A stretch of DNA of 64,000 nucleotides from Microbacteriaceae bacterium (GCA_025465035.1 JAODMH010000042.1:149-64148); one strand, 5' to 3'. Counted from the stretch's first letter, positions 1 through 9,867 are shown. The notes: generated from the sequence alone by a model not told the origin. Numbers and translations are program-made.

Positions 1-3000
1 GTTGTTGGCAAAGGGCGACAGAGTGAGGTTTTGAATGATGGAGCTACCGTTCCACATGTTCACGCCGACGTAACCCGAGGCGTACAGGCTGTTGTGCGTG
101 CTGATCACCGGGGTCGTACCGCCGTTGAGATACACGTTGATCGCGTCGCCAACTGCTGTTACTCGCAAGTGATAGGTCGAGTTCACTGAGATCGGTTCAC
201 TCGCGGTCAGAGTCGTCATTCCTGGACCCCACAGGCTGACGCGTTGCTGGGTGTAGTCGATGTTCGCCGCGTAGAACTGAGTAGCGGCCGAGTTTGCTCG
301 AAAAATGAGCGACGCCGCACCCGCGGTAGTTACCTTGACGTCCGCTTCCAACGACAGGTCCGCGGCCTGTTGGCTATTGAGTCGGAAGCTGTCGCCCGTT
401 GACGTCCCCTGCAAGCCAGACGAGACGTCTGCCCAGGTTCCCGAGATCGTTGTCCAGGCCCCGGTGAGGTTGTTCGCGAATGTGGACACGGGGACCACGA
501 AGTTATCGAGGTTGATATGCCCCCACCCGCCACCGGAGGAGTCAACTGCCTTCAGGTAGACAGTGGAGCCGATCCAGTCTCGGGCATCGAGGATGACCGT
601 CGAGTACGCTTCGGTGTCCTTGCCTGTGGCGCTCATCAGCACCGCGTCGTCTGACGCCCGGCGGAGCTGAAGCGCCTCGTTGGCGATGTCGCTACCTGCA
701 CCGATCATGAAGCTGATCTTCCCATCGCCCCCGAGCAGGAAATTCGGTGTTCGCATGGAACCCTGCGGGGTGTCGCCGCCCGTCCCGGCGAAGCCGAAGT
801 AGTGATAGCTGCCGTGTTGTCCGAACGCGACTCCGTTCTGGGCTGTCTGGGTGGTCACATGCGCGTTATCGAAACCAGATCCCGTGGACGTCCACCCGGC
901 GAGGTTGCCCGACTCGAAGTCCGCGTTGGCGATGTTGGTCGTTGCTCCGGGCGCCGGTGGAATTGGATACCCGGCCCCCGTCGCGATCGTGGACACCTCG
1001 TAGCGGTATTCGTTCCATGCACCGGATGCCGACGTAGGCGTGATGGTGATCTGAACCGAGGACTTTCCTGCGGTGTAGCTCGAGGGAATCGCGAAGTCGC
1101 TCTCTTTCCACGCGCTTGATGTGTTCCCGCCGACTACCCTCCAGGTTCCTACGATTGATCCGTCAACCTTGACCTGCGCCTCCTGGATCGGCACGGATTG
1201 ATCGAATCGTCGCCGGAGCACTATCCCATCGTTTGCGGAGCCGATCGCTGCTGTGAATTGCGAATGACCCGTGATGGCTCGGCCGTCGTCGGAGACGTAC
1301 GCGTCGCTGTAGTCGCCCTCGAAGGCGTTCGTCTCGGTCACCGGCAGAGAACCTCCGACGGTTGTGTAGCCGTGAGCTGACTCCGAGGTGGAGTTGCCTA
1401 CGTCGATGAGGTCCGTTCGGACTGATCGTGGCGTCGGCTTGAAGTAGTAGTACACAAGCGTGCTGAGGGCGGCCATGGGCGTTTCGTCGACAAAACCGTG
1501 TTCCTGACTGATCCGAATGTGATTCTTGAAGTCGATCTTGTCTTCCAGGAACAGTCGGTGCCATGCCATCTGGATCGTCCAGTTGGTGGAGTCGATTTGA
1601 GTGGATTGCAATGACGACATTCCGTGAGTCGGCAGCGAAATGAATCCGTTCTGCCAACCGAATCCGGCGTTCGCTTGGTCTTCGATGCCCGTGCCGTAGT
1701 ACGCCGGGGTGCGATTCCCGTCTGTATAGATCCTCTCGTCGCCCTCGACCCAACCGAAGTAGAAGCCGTTGTGCGGCAATACCGGTGCGTAACCGGGTAC
1801 GGGAGGAAAGTACTCGTTCTGGGACAGCGGACTCGGCACGCCCTTTGCGGACATGACGACGCCGACGACCGCACCCGCACCGTCGCGATCGAGGAGCGTT
1901 GCATCGTGATTGTTCGAAGCATCGACCGATTGCGAACGGTACTCCGTCGTGAAGTAGCCCACGTTGTCGAACGACCCGGGTTGCGATTTCGTCGCAATGG
2001 AATACGTGATCCCGTTGACGGCAGATGGTCCGGTTTCAGACAGCGTTATCTTCGCATGGCTCTGAAACGGCATGGGGAAGTACATATAGAGGTTCTCGGA
2101 TGAATCCATACCCACCATGAGCGTGAGCGGAGCGTTCGAATAGCCGTATTGCCCGATTGCGAAGAAGCTGCCCAGCGGGCTATCGACCGCCGGCGTGGTC
2201 GACCCATCCCAATACATCTTGATCGTGAGTGAGTTCAGGAGTGCCGCGATCGCCGGATCGTCCTGGTAGTAGAAGGTCTGCGTACCGCTGAATGTCTGTC
2301 CGACGATCGAATAACTGTGGGCAGTTTCAGAGGATGAAGTGCCGACATCCACCGAGTCGGTGAGAACCTGGGCGCCGCCGACCGTCGAGTCGACCCAGTA
2401 GTAGAACTCGTTCCAGTCGATGTCCGAGCTGATGAATTTGATCTGCACGGAAATGTGGGACTTTCCGTTGGTCAGTGCCGACGGAATCGTGAACGTACTG
2501 TCACCCCACTTCGTATAGTTGGCGGTTCCGGCTGAGCCCGGATCGAACCACGTTCCAGCGTCGGAGCCGTCCACCCACACCTCCGCCTTCTGATTGGCCA
2601 CACCGTCGTCGTGCCGTCGAGTCAGCGACACCGACGTGTTCGACGAATTGATGGCGACCACAAATGACGACTGGCCGGTTGCTCCATTGAACGCCCGCCC
2701 GTTGTCGGTGAGCGATGTCGTGCGCGAACTGATGCCAGGCACGTGCAGCTTCACGGATGAGACCGAGGCCGGTCCGTTCACGTCGAGCAGCGTCGTCGAC
2801 CCCCCTGCGGGAACGTTCGCAGTTCCGCTGGTGGTCGAGTTGCCCGTAACGCTTTTCGGGTCGGTGCCTACGTTGTTCCAGAGCGCGCGGACCGCCGAGC
2901 TGTCCTGACTTCCCGACTCGGAACTCGTCCAGGTGGAAACCACGGTATCCGAGGTGAACTGCTCGTAGTTGACTTGCAAGTACTCGTTCATGTTGCTGTG

Positions 3001-3501
3001 TTTTTGCAGAGCAACCGTGACCGAGCCGGCGAACAGCATCGGAAGGTATGAAACATATCCCCCGCTCGAAACCGCGGAGTTCATCACGAGCGGGGCTCGG
3101 AACGGCGCGTTTGTGCCCGAGAAGAAATCAGTCGCCGCCATGTCGATGCGAGGCGTCGTTTCCCCGTCGAAATATATATGGATTCGATCCGTAGATTGAA
3201 GGTTCGTGGCCCAGATGCGAGTTATTTCCCCCGGCCCCGCCAGGTCCGCATAAATACGATCGGTCGTCGTCTCGTATTCGAAGCCGGAGTAGTCGTCGTA
3301 TCCACCATTCCGCTGGAAGGTGCTCTGCATGCCGGTCTGCGTCTGAGCATCGAGAACGGGGAGCTGGTCGAGAGCGCTCATCGACGCCAATGCGTGCGGT
3401 GCCGTGCTCGCAGCTTGCGCGGGAGCGCTTGCGCCCAGCACGGACGACACGATGGCGATCAGGGCCAGCGCCGCAACGCGTGGACTTTTCTTGGTAAACA
3501 T
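1..3501 (-). CDS. Secreted multi-domain GH172 (DUF2961) glycoside hydrolase with fructan-enzyme-type accessory beta-sandwich modules; runs off the window edge (at least 1167 aa)
   Basis: Hand translation from ATG 3501 (GGAGAAACC SD) is open to base 1. It shows a signal peptide MFTKKSPRVAALALIAIVSSVLGASAPAQA; DUF2961 motifs ADLAGPGEITRIW, IKMYWDGSTTPAVDSPLGSFF, YFPMPF, WVEGDE, YGTGIED and QEHG; then an NADFESGNLAGW...GGWGHINLDNF module and an LEADVKV..AASLIFR module. Absent from the ORF track because no stop falls in the window. Confidence 0.85.
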   Translation of the reverse strand, partial: MFTKKSPRVAALALIAIVSSVLGASAPAQAASTAPHALASMSALDQLPVLDAQTQTGMQSTFQRNGGYDDYSGFEYETTTDRIYADLAGPGEITRIWATNLQSTDRIHIYFDGETTPRIDMAATDFFSGTNAPFRAPLVMNSAVSSGGYVSYLPMLFAGSVTVALQKHSNMNEYLQVNYEQFTSDTVVSTWTSSESGSQDSSAVRALWNNVGTDPKSVTGNSTTSGTANVPAGGSTTLLDVNGPASVSSVKLHVPGISSRTTSLTDNGRAFNGATGQSSFVVAINSSNTSVSLTRRHDDGVANQKAEVWVDGSDAGTWFDPGSAGTANYTKWGDSTFTIPSALTNGKSHISVQIKFISSDIDWNEFYYWVDSTVGGAQVLTDSVDVGTSSSETAHSYSIVGQTFSGTQTFYYQDDPAIAALLNSLTIKMYWDGSTTPAVDSPLGSFFAIGQYGYSNAPLTLMVGMDSSENLYMYFPMPFQSHAKITLSETGPSAVNGITYSIATKSQPGSFDNVGYFTTEYRSQSVDASNNHDATLLDRDGAGAVVGVVMSAKGVPSPLSQNEYFPPVPGYAPVLPHNGFYFGWVEGDERIYTDGNRTPAYYGTGIEDQANAGFGWQNGFISLPTHGMSSLQSTQIDSTNWTIQMAWHRLFLEDKIDFKNHIRISQEHGFVDETPMAALSTLVYYYFKPTPRSVRTDLIDVGNSTSESAHGYTTVGGSLPVTETNAFEGDYSDAYVSDDGRAITGHSQFTAAIGSANDGIVLRRRFDQSVPIQEAQVKVDGSIVGTWRVVGGNTSSAWKESDFAIPSSYTAGKSSVQITITPTSASGAWNEYRYEVSTIATGAGYPIPPAPGATTNIANADFESGNLAGWTSTGSGFDNAHVTTQTAQNGVAFGQHGSYHYFGFAGTGGDTPQGSMRTPNFLLGGDGKISFMIGAGSDIANEALQLRRASDDAVLMSATGKDTEAYSTVILDARDWIGSTVYLKAVDSSGGGWGHINLDNFVVPVSTFANNLTGAWTTISGTWADVSSGLQGTSTGDSFRLNSQQAADLSLEADVKVTTAGAASLIFRANSAATQFYAANIDYTQQRVSLWGPGMTTLTASEPISVNSTYHLRVTAVGDAINVYLNGGTTPVISTHNSLYASGYVGVNMWNGSSIIQNLTLSPFANN

Positions 3502-3568
3502 GGTTTCTCCATCGAAACGTTCACTCAACAATGCTGGCAATCAGGTCCCGAATCCATGTTCTGTATGA

Positions 3569-3583
3569 TCGAAACGTTTGCGC
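3569..3583. promoter_or_regulatory. LacI-family operator TCGAAACGTTTGCGC (copy 1), upstream of the secreted GH172; a weaker variant ATCGAAACGTTCACT lies at 3511-3525
   Basis: Identical 15-mer at 7230 and, reverse-complemented, at 8485; AAACGTTT core typical of LacI-family sites. Confidence 0.8.
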
Positions 3584-3677
3584 GAAATCATCCTATTGAT
3601 TAGTCCAGCTGGCCACAAGACGCAGTTGCTGGACGGTCGGCCCTGCGACGTCGCTCGGCAGAATCATCCTGACCGGA

Positions 3678-4607
3678 CTATCTGGTTGTCGCGCCGGGTC
3701 TCGACGACGGGACGGCAATCTCGCCAGAGTAGGGCGGAGAAGCGCCATCTCGACCCACAGTGATCGCGGCCGATTCGAGCGCGGTTGCGACGATAGATTC
3801 AGCTGCATCCAGCGAAAGAGTTCGTCCCACGACCGCTTCCCGATTGTGACCGGCCAGACATCCGAACAGCAATCCAGACATGAACGCGTCCCCGGCACCG
3901 ATAGTGTCCGCTATGTCGACTGTGGGCGGCACCAGCTCGAACGAGTGCGTCGGCGTGCGCACTATGCACGCTTGCCCTCCGCGAGTGATGACGAACAGTG
4001 ACACCCCGCGCTCGATGTATTCATCGGCGATCTGCGCATGGCTGCGAGCGGGGTAAAGCCAGGCGGCATCCTCATCGCTCATCTTCAGGACATCGCACAC
4101 CCCAGCCAGCCGCTCTACGCGTTCGACGACCGCGGCCCGACCGCCGATGACGCCTGATCGGATGTTCGGGTCGAAGGAGACGAGCGTGGCGGGATCGGCA
4201 GCCTCGAGCAGTTCGAGCACGCGCCGCGAACCAGGCTCGAGAAGGGCCCCGATCGACCCCGTGTGCAGCACATTGACGGATGCGGGAATGGCCAGCTGCG
4301 GTGACCAACGGATGTCAAAACTGTAGTGAGCCGAACCCGCTTCGTCGATGGTCGCGGTTGCAGTTGACGTGGCGACATCCGCAACGGAGCCGCGCGCGAC
4401 GTTCACGTGCGACTCGGCGAGGTGGCGCGCGACCACACCGCCCAGTCGGTCGGTGCCGAACTGGGTGAAGAGGGTGGTTTCGACCCCGAGGCGCGCAAGT
4501 CCGACCGCAACGTTCATGGGACTTCCGCCGGGGACTTCCCGCACGACACCGTCGGCACCTATTATCCGGTCGACAAGGGACTCGCCGATGACGGCCGCAG
4601 TACTCAT
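3678..4607 (-). CDS. PfkB-family carbohydrate kinase, probable fructokinase
   Basis: IGESLVD, PGGSPMNVAVGLARLG, SFDPNIR, DTIGAGDAF motifs; ATG overlaps the GH32 stop (ATGA). Confidence 0.9.
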   Translation of the reverse strand: MSTAAVIGESLVDRIIGADGVVREVPGGSPMNVAVGLARLGVETTLFTQFGTDRLGGVVARHLAESHVNVARGSVADVATSTATATIDEAGSAHYSFDIRWSPQLAIPASVNVLHTGSIGALLEPGSRRVLELLEAADPATLVSFDPNIRSGVIGGRAAVVERVERLAGVCDVLKMSDEDAAWLYPARSHAQIADEYIERGVSLFVITRGGQACIVRTPTHSFELVPPTVDIADTIGAGDAFMSGLLFGCLAGHNREAVVGRTLSLDAAESIVATALESAAITVGRDGASPPYSGEIAVPSSRPGATTR

Positions 4608-5845
4608 CGTATTAGTTGCCACAGCTGGACCGCCCCGGTCGCAACGAGCTCCACCCAGTCGCTCGACGGGCTGACGGGCATCGCGAACACGCCCGACCCC
4701 GTCGAAATCTCCAGGGCGGGCCCATCCACGATCACCCGCACGGGTCCACCGGAGAAAGGCATTGACCACGAGTCGTCGCCCCGTTGAATCAGGAGCACGT
4801 CACCATCGTGCGTGATGGTTGCGAGGGCCGTAGGGCCGGAGCTGACGGTGAAACGATTGCCGACATTCGGGTTCCAGATGCTGTCGGCAGCGAGGCCGCC
4901 GACCCTTGACGAGTTGACATCTCGACGATAGTTTTCGAGCCCGGCGTGCGGTGAGGCCACGAGCGTGTCTCCCACAAGCGAGAGAGTGTGAGGGACGCTG
5001 TGCGCGCTGGCCCAGCCGGCGTCACGATCCTCGACGTGGCGGAGCCAGAAGGTGAGCGACGGCTTGCCATCAGCATCGCGAAAGAACGAAGGAGCGTAAT
5101 AGCTCGGCCCGTAGCTGAGACGGCCCCACGTCGTCGGAGTGAAGGTGCCGTCGACGTAGTCGCCCACGGCGTAGATCACGTAGTGCAGAACATCCGCGTC
5201 CCACACGGAGGTGACCATCACGTGCCGTCCATCCAATTCAAAGAGCTGAGGGCATTCCCACAGTGCTCCTGTCCAGACCGGCTCCGTCTCAACCGTGGAC
5301 CGCTGCACCGCGATTCCGTCGTATGCCCATTCGGCGAGGTCGCCCGACGAATAGGAGAGGGCCGTCGCGGTGCCGTCGGCGAGGCCCGCGCCGACGAACA
5401 TGCGCCAGGTGTGCCCATCACGGAAGACGAAGGGGTCGCGGTACGCGATGATGTCGAGAGACGATGGCGCTGTCGCTACCACCGCATCCTTGCTCCACGT
5501 GAGCCACGAATCGTCGTCTGGGTGCGCCCGCCGGACTCGACCGACGCCGATGTCGGGCTGCACCACCGAGGTGTAGAAGATGGTGGATTCGCCTGCGTCA
5601 TCAGTGACCAGGGACCCGGTCCAAATTCCATCGTCTCCGTCACCGGGTGCTATTGCAATCGGCTTCGCTGTCCACTCGAACAGGTCCGACCCGATTGCAT
5701 GACCCCAATGGCAATTCGGAGCCCAGACCAGGCTGTCCGGAACGTACTGATAGAACAGGTGATAGTTGCCCTTGTGGAACGTGATGCCATGAGGGTCGTT
5801 GATCCACCCGCGCTGTGCCGTGAAGTGGAACTGCGGCCGCGTCAC
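4604..5845 (-). CDS. Glycoside hydrolase family 32 (beta-fructofuranosidase), cytoplasmic
   Basis: WINDPHG, YRDPFV and WECPQLF catalytic motifs; GTG start overlaps the upstream stop (GTGA). Confidence 0.92.
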   Translation of the reverse strand: MTRPQFHFTAQRGWINDPHGITFHKGNYHLFYQYVPDSLVWAPNCHWGHAIGSDLFEWTAKPIAIAPGDGDDGIWTGSLVTDDAGESTIFYTSVVQPDIGVGRVRRAHPDDDSWLTWSKDAVVATAPSSLDIIAYRDPFVFRDGHTWRMFVGAGLADGTATALSYSSGDLAEWAYDGIAVQRSTVETEPVWTGALWECPQLFELDGRHVMVTSVWDADVLHYVIYAVGDYVDGTFTPTTWGRLSYGPSYYAPSFFRDADGKPSLTFWLRHVEDRDAGWASAHSVPHTLSLVGDTLVASPHAGLENYRRDVNSSRVGGLAADSIWNPNVGNRFTVSSGPTALATITHDGDVLLIQRGDDSWSMPFSGGPVRVIVDGPALEISTGSGVFAMPVSPSSDWVELVATGAVQLWQLIR

Positions 5846-7200
5846 GCCCCAGCCTCCGCATCGAAGCGGGCGCGGATGTCGCGGGCCTGGGTCACGTTGC
5901 CAGACTCCCACTCGTCGATCTCGCCCCGACGCTGCTTCCTCATCGCGTCGCGAGCCTCGATGAAGCGCTCCATCCGCTCGGCAGCGCGGGCTCGGGCGGC
6001 CGTCTGCTCATCACTGAGCTCGGGGAGAGGCGCCTCGACCACGCGATCGATCGGGCGCAGGGGCAGTCGCTGTTCCACGGGCGCGATGGTCAGCGTCGGA
6101 GAGGGCAGGGTCTGATACCAGTACGCCGTCGAGGACCAGTCGTCAGAGAGATGGTTGCCATGGCCATGTTCGAACGTGACCTTGATGCGCTTGGAGAAAC
6201 GGATCGGGTCCGCCATGTGGAAACGATAGCTGTGGTGGAAACCGGGCACATTCTCCTCGTGCACCATGGTGCCGTTGAAAAGGTACGCGTTGTTCTGCAT
6301 GCCCCATGCATGGCCGAAATAGTCTTCCATGCCGGTGCCATGGAGGCTCGGTGGCCACGTGTCGTCATCGATGAAGATCATGTCGTCGCCTTCGCCCCAC
6401 CATGACCCCTGGAAGTGACGCACCGCGAGGTTGCAACCCACGTAGTGCCCGCGTCCCTCGGTCTCGAGGACCACGTAGTTGTCCTCGCCGGTCAGGTTCG
6501 GGATGGTCGTCTCGATGCTGTTCGCCTGAAGGTCGGGACCCCAGCCTTGATTGGGCAGGGCCCGGCGCCAGTGGGCGTGGAAGTATACGGTCTCTTCCGG
6601 CAGGGGCTCGTGAACGAGTTCGTAGTCGATGTAGAAGTACTGGAGATAGGGGATGTCGTTCTGGTTCTCGACCACGATGCGGGCGCGCGAGTTGAACGGC
6701 ATCCTGAAATAGCTGTTGAATGCGGCGCTGCCGCCGAAAGTGTTCAGCTCGGGCTCCTTGGCGGACACCGAGAGCGGCAGTGAGTCGTATGAGCCCGAGA
6801 GCGAATTCATCAATCCGAAGAAGTCTCCGAGCGGTGCGATCACGCTCGGCGTCTCCTGATCGTCCCAGTACATCTTCAGGACGATCTTGCGGTAGTAGTC
6901 CGGGTCATGCACCTCCCAGCTCACTCCGAGCGCGTTATGGATCTCCAGCATCGGGACGCCCACGACGGCCGGGTCGATCTGACCAGGGCCAGGCTGAATA
7001 CGGGATGACTGCGTCATCCAGATGTGGGTGATGAAACCCGGACCCTGGATGTCGGCAAGCACCCGCTCTTCGCCTGGCATCACGATCCAGTTGTCCCGGT
7101 TGCGTCCCGTTTGGTCAAAACTCGAGGCCCGAGCAGTGCGGGAATCGCGACTCACGGTGAGGTCGCCGAGGAGGCCGCTCGGTTGATAAGTGTTGTTCAT
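5842..7200 (-). CDS. Cytoplasmic GH172 (DUF2961); probable alpha-D-fructofuranosidase / difructose dianhydride hydrolase (452 aa)
   Basis: ADIQGPGFITHIWMT, MYWDDQETPSVIAPLGDFF, YFRMPF, WWGEGDD, HGTGMEDYF and FEHGHGNHLSDDWSSTAYWYQ motifs, plus a charged C-terminal helix. Confidence 0.88.
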   Translation of the reverse strand: MNNTYQPSGLLGDLTVSRDSRTARASSFDQTGRNRDNWIVMPGEERVLADIQGPGFITHIWMTQSSRIQPGPGQIDPAVVGVPMLEIHNALGVSWEVHDPDYYRKIVLKMYWDDQETPSVIAPLGDFFGLMNSLSGSYDSLPLSVSAKEPELNTFGGSAAFNSYFRMPFNSRARIVVENQNDIPYLQYFYIDYELVHEPLPEETVYFHAHWRRALPNQGWGPDLQANSIETTIPNLTGEDNYVVLETEGRGHYVGCNLAVRHFQGSWWGEGDDMIFIDDDTWPPSLHGTGMEDYFGHAWGMQNNAYLFNGTMVHEENVPGFHHSYRFHMADPIRFSKRIKVTFEHGHGNHLSDDWSSTAYWYQTLPSPTLTIAPVEQRLPLRPIDRVVEAPLPELSDEQTAARARAAERMERFIEARDAMRKQRRGEIDEWESGNVTQARDIRARFDAEAGA

Positions 7201-7229
7201 CGGGGCTCTTCCTTGAGTATCTAGATTCG

Positions 7230-7244
7230 TCGAAACGTTTGCGC
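7230..7244. promoter_or_regulatory. LacI-family operator TCGAAACGTTTGCGC (copy 2) in the divergent GH172/lacI intergenic region
   Basis: Exact repeat of the 3569 and 8485 sites. Confidence 0.8.
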
Positions 7245-7372
7245 AACAGATGCTAACTGGCATAGTTGATCCTGGCAACTTCGTACGGCACAGAAGCCGA
7301 CGCAGTACATTCCAATGGCGCTGCCGTAGGCGGTGCCACGACCACCCGGCGCGACGAGGAATGAGGAGCGAG

Positions 7373-8386
7373 ATGGCAACGATTGTCGAAGTGGCCGCAC
7401 TTGCAGGTGTGTCGACGTCCACGGTCTCGCATGTGCTCAATGAGACGCGTCACGTCGAGCCCGCTACACGACGGCGTGTGCTCGAGGCAATCGAGAAGAC
7501 GTCGTACCGCCAGGACGCGCTCGCGCGGGCAATGCGACGCTCACGGACCGACAGCATCGGACTGGTGATCCCCGATGCCGGCGAGCCGGCGTTCGCCGAG
7601 ATGGTACACGGCGTAGAACATGCGGCGGCAAAACTCGGGCTCACCCTCCTTCTGTCCAACTCGGCGGAGAGTGCGGAACGCGAGTCGAAGGCCGTGCGCG
7701 TGCTGCTCGAGAGACGAGTCGACGGGCTGATCCTCGCTCGATCCGCGAACTCCTCCCGAGACATCGTTGACGACCTGAGGGGAGAGAACGCAGCGGTAGT
7801 TCTTCTGGACCGCATGTCGCCGGACTCGCCCTTCGATCAGGTGGGAACTGAGAACCGTCAGCCCATGCGTTCATTGGTCTCACACCTCGCAAGCGCGGGA
7901 CATCGACGAATGGTCCTGGTGGCGGGCGACATGCGAGTGCCGACGCTTCGTGAGCGAGCGGATGGCTTTGCGATGGGCATCGTCGAAGCCGGCTTGGACA
8001 TCTCAGAACAGACCGTCATCGCGTCTGATCAGACGGACCCGTCGCTCGCCGAAGCAATAACGCGGGCGGTCTCCGACCCTCGACGGCCGACGGCCTTCAT
8101 CGCGTGCAGCACCGTTCTCGCCGTGGCGACACTCGAACGGGTGAAGGCGGCGGGGAAGGCCATCCCGCGCGACTTCGCGTTCGCCACCTTCGACGGATTC
8201 AGTCACTCCGATCTCTTCGAACCGAGCATCACAACCGTGCGCCAGCCGGCCTTCGAGGTCGGTGTGGCCGCGGTGGACCTCCTCAAGGACCGCCTTGCCG
8301 GGTCCACCTCTCTCCCTCGAACCGTTCACCTCGCGCAAACCATCGAATACCGTGACAGCACTGGTCGCTTTGAACTCGCTCGGTGA
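7373..8386 (+). CDS. LacI-family transcriptional regulator
   Basis: MATIVEVAALAGVSTSTVSHVLN helix-turn-helix and periplasmic-binding-like C-terminus (ITTVRQP). Confidence 0.95.
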   Translation: MATIVEVAALAGVSTSTVSHVLNETRHVEPATRRRVLEAIEKTSYRQDALARAMRRSRTDSIGLVIPDAGEPAFAEMVHGVEHAAAKLGLTLLLSNSAESAERESKAVRVLLERRVDGLILARSANSSRDIVDDLRGENAAVVLLDRMSPDSPFDQVGTENRQPMRSLVSHLASAGHRRMVLVAGDMRVPTLRERADGFAMGIVEAGLDISEQTVIASDQTDPSLAEAITRAVSDPRRPTAFIACSTVLAVATLERVKAAGKAIPRDFAFATFDGFSHSDLFEPSITTVRQPAFEVGVAAVDLLKDRLAGSTSLPRTVHLAQTIEYRDSTGRFELAR

Positions 8387-8484
8387 TTCGGCGACGCGTC
8401 CCGTTCATCCGAACCACTCTTCATCGTTTGGTCGCCCAGCTTGACAAGCCAGAGCAAGCACGTTTACCGTACCTGATGAGAGAC

Positions 8485-8499
8485 GCGCAAACGTTTCGA
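8485..8499. promoter_or_regulatory. LacI-family operator (copy 3, reversed: GCGCAAACGTTTCGA) upstream of the ABC substrate-binding gene
   Basis: Exact reverse complement of the 3569 and 7230 sites. Confidence 0.8.
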
Positions 8500-8551
8500 T
8501 GAAACCGGACCACGGCGGCAAGAACGACCCGCCCCCATCAATGGAGATGAA

Positions 8552-9853
8552 ATGCACAGCACGCACCATCTGAGAAGGCTCACGGCGGCAGTCGCAGTCG
8601 TCGCCGCAGTCGCCCTGTCGATCGCGGGATGCTCGACGGCGTCCTCCGGCGGAGCGACAAAGATCAGCCTCTCGATGCAAAACCCGAACGTGAAGACGGC
8701 GGACCCGGCAACGTGGGCGATCGTCCACGCGTTCGAGAAGAAGAATCCGAACATTACCGTCACAGTCACCGGGCAGCCTGTCGCACAGCACCTACAAAAC
8801 CTCTCGGTCGCCGCGCAGAGCCACACGCTCCCTGACATCTTCTGGATCTACAAGGCGACCGCCGAGCAAATGAACAAGTCCGGCTATCTCATGGATCTTG
8901 CGCCGATGCTCAAGGACCTCGGCCTCACCGACAAGATTTCATCCAGCACTCTCGATAACTTCTCCACGGGCAAGGTCACGTATGGGGTCCCCTATCAGGG
9001 ACTCCTTACGGGCATTTGGTACAACGAGAAGATCCTGAGCGACAACGGCCTCACAGTGCCCAAGACCTTCGATGAGTTCCTTCACGTGGCCGTCACCTTG
9101 CACGCCAAGGGAATCACCACGCTCTCGGACGGCGCCAACCAGTCGTCGTTCTCGGTGTGGTCCTTCCTCGTCGACCTGGATCGATACGGCTGGGAGAGCA
9201 AGTATCAGGCGATACTCGCGGGCAAGGCGAGCTATGACAATCCAGATTTCATCCGGTTCTACGACAGCATCGCAAAGCTCCGGGAGGCGGGCGCATTCCC
9301 CTCGAACGTGACCACCCAGACCTACCAGCAAGCGGTGAATGAGTTCACCAGCGGCAAGGCGGCAATGCTCGACGCCGGCATTTGGGCATCGAGCGCCATC
9401 CAGGATTCCACCGTCGCCCCCGATGCCGGTTTCTGGGCCGGACCAACCTTCTCTGACGGAGTGGGCAAGCAAGACATCGTCATGAATGTCGCCTCGGCCC
9501 CATTCGCGGTGAGCGCGGACGTCAAGAAGGACAGCGCGAAGAGTGCTGCGGTAAAGAAGTTCATCGCGTTCTACTACAGCGATGCGGCTCAGCAGTTGCT
9601 GGTGGACAACGGTCAGCCGCCCGTGACGAACTACACGCCCAAGCTCGACGCCACCAAGCAGAGCGTGCTCAAGGGCGCGCTTGAGGCATCGACCGCGCCG
9701 GGCCTTACAAGCCCGCAGACGCAGCCCGACCTTGTGGTGTCGACCGCCGTTGCGAGCGCCATGTATGACAGCATCTATGGCGTGATCGAGGGGCAGCTCA
9801 CCTCGAAGCAAGCCGTGGACCTGGTCCAGAAAGCGATCGACGCAGGCAAGTAA
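8552..9853 (+). CDS. Sugar ABC transporter substrate-binding lipoprotein
   Basis: Lipobox SIAGC; PDIFW, GVPY, IWYNEKIL and PKTFDEF motifs of CUT1 binding proteins. Confidence 0.9.
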   Translation: MHSTHHLRRLTAAVAVVAAVALSIAGCSTASSGGATKISLSMQNPNVKTADPATWAIVHAFEKKNPNITVTVTGQPVAQHLQNLSVAAQSHTLPDIFWIYKATAEQMNKSGYLMDLAPMLKDLGLTDKISSSTLDNFSTGKVTYGVPYQGLLTGIWYNEKILSDNGLTVPKTFDEFLHVAVTLHAKGITTLSDGANQSSFSVWSFLVDLDRYGWESKYQAILAGKASYDNPDFIRFYDSIAKLREAGAFPSNVTTQTYQQAVNEFTSGKAAMLDAGIWASSAIQDSTVAPDAGFWAGPTFSDGVGKQDIVMNVASAPFAVSADVKKDSAKSAAVKKFIAFYYSDAAQQLLVDNGQPPVTNYTPKLDATKQSVLKGALEASTAPGLTSPQTQPDLVVSTAVASAMYDSIYGVIEGQLTSKQAVDLVQKAIDAGK

Positions 9854-9867
9854 CGTCGTAGCGATAC

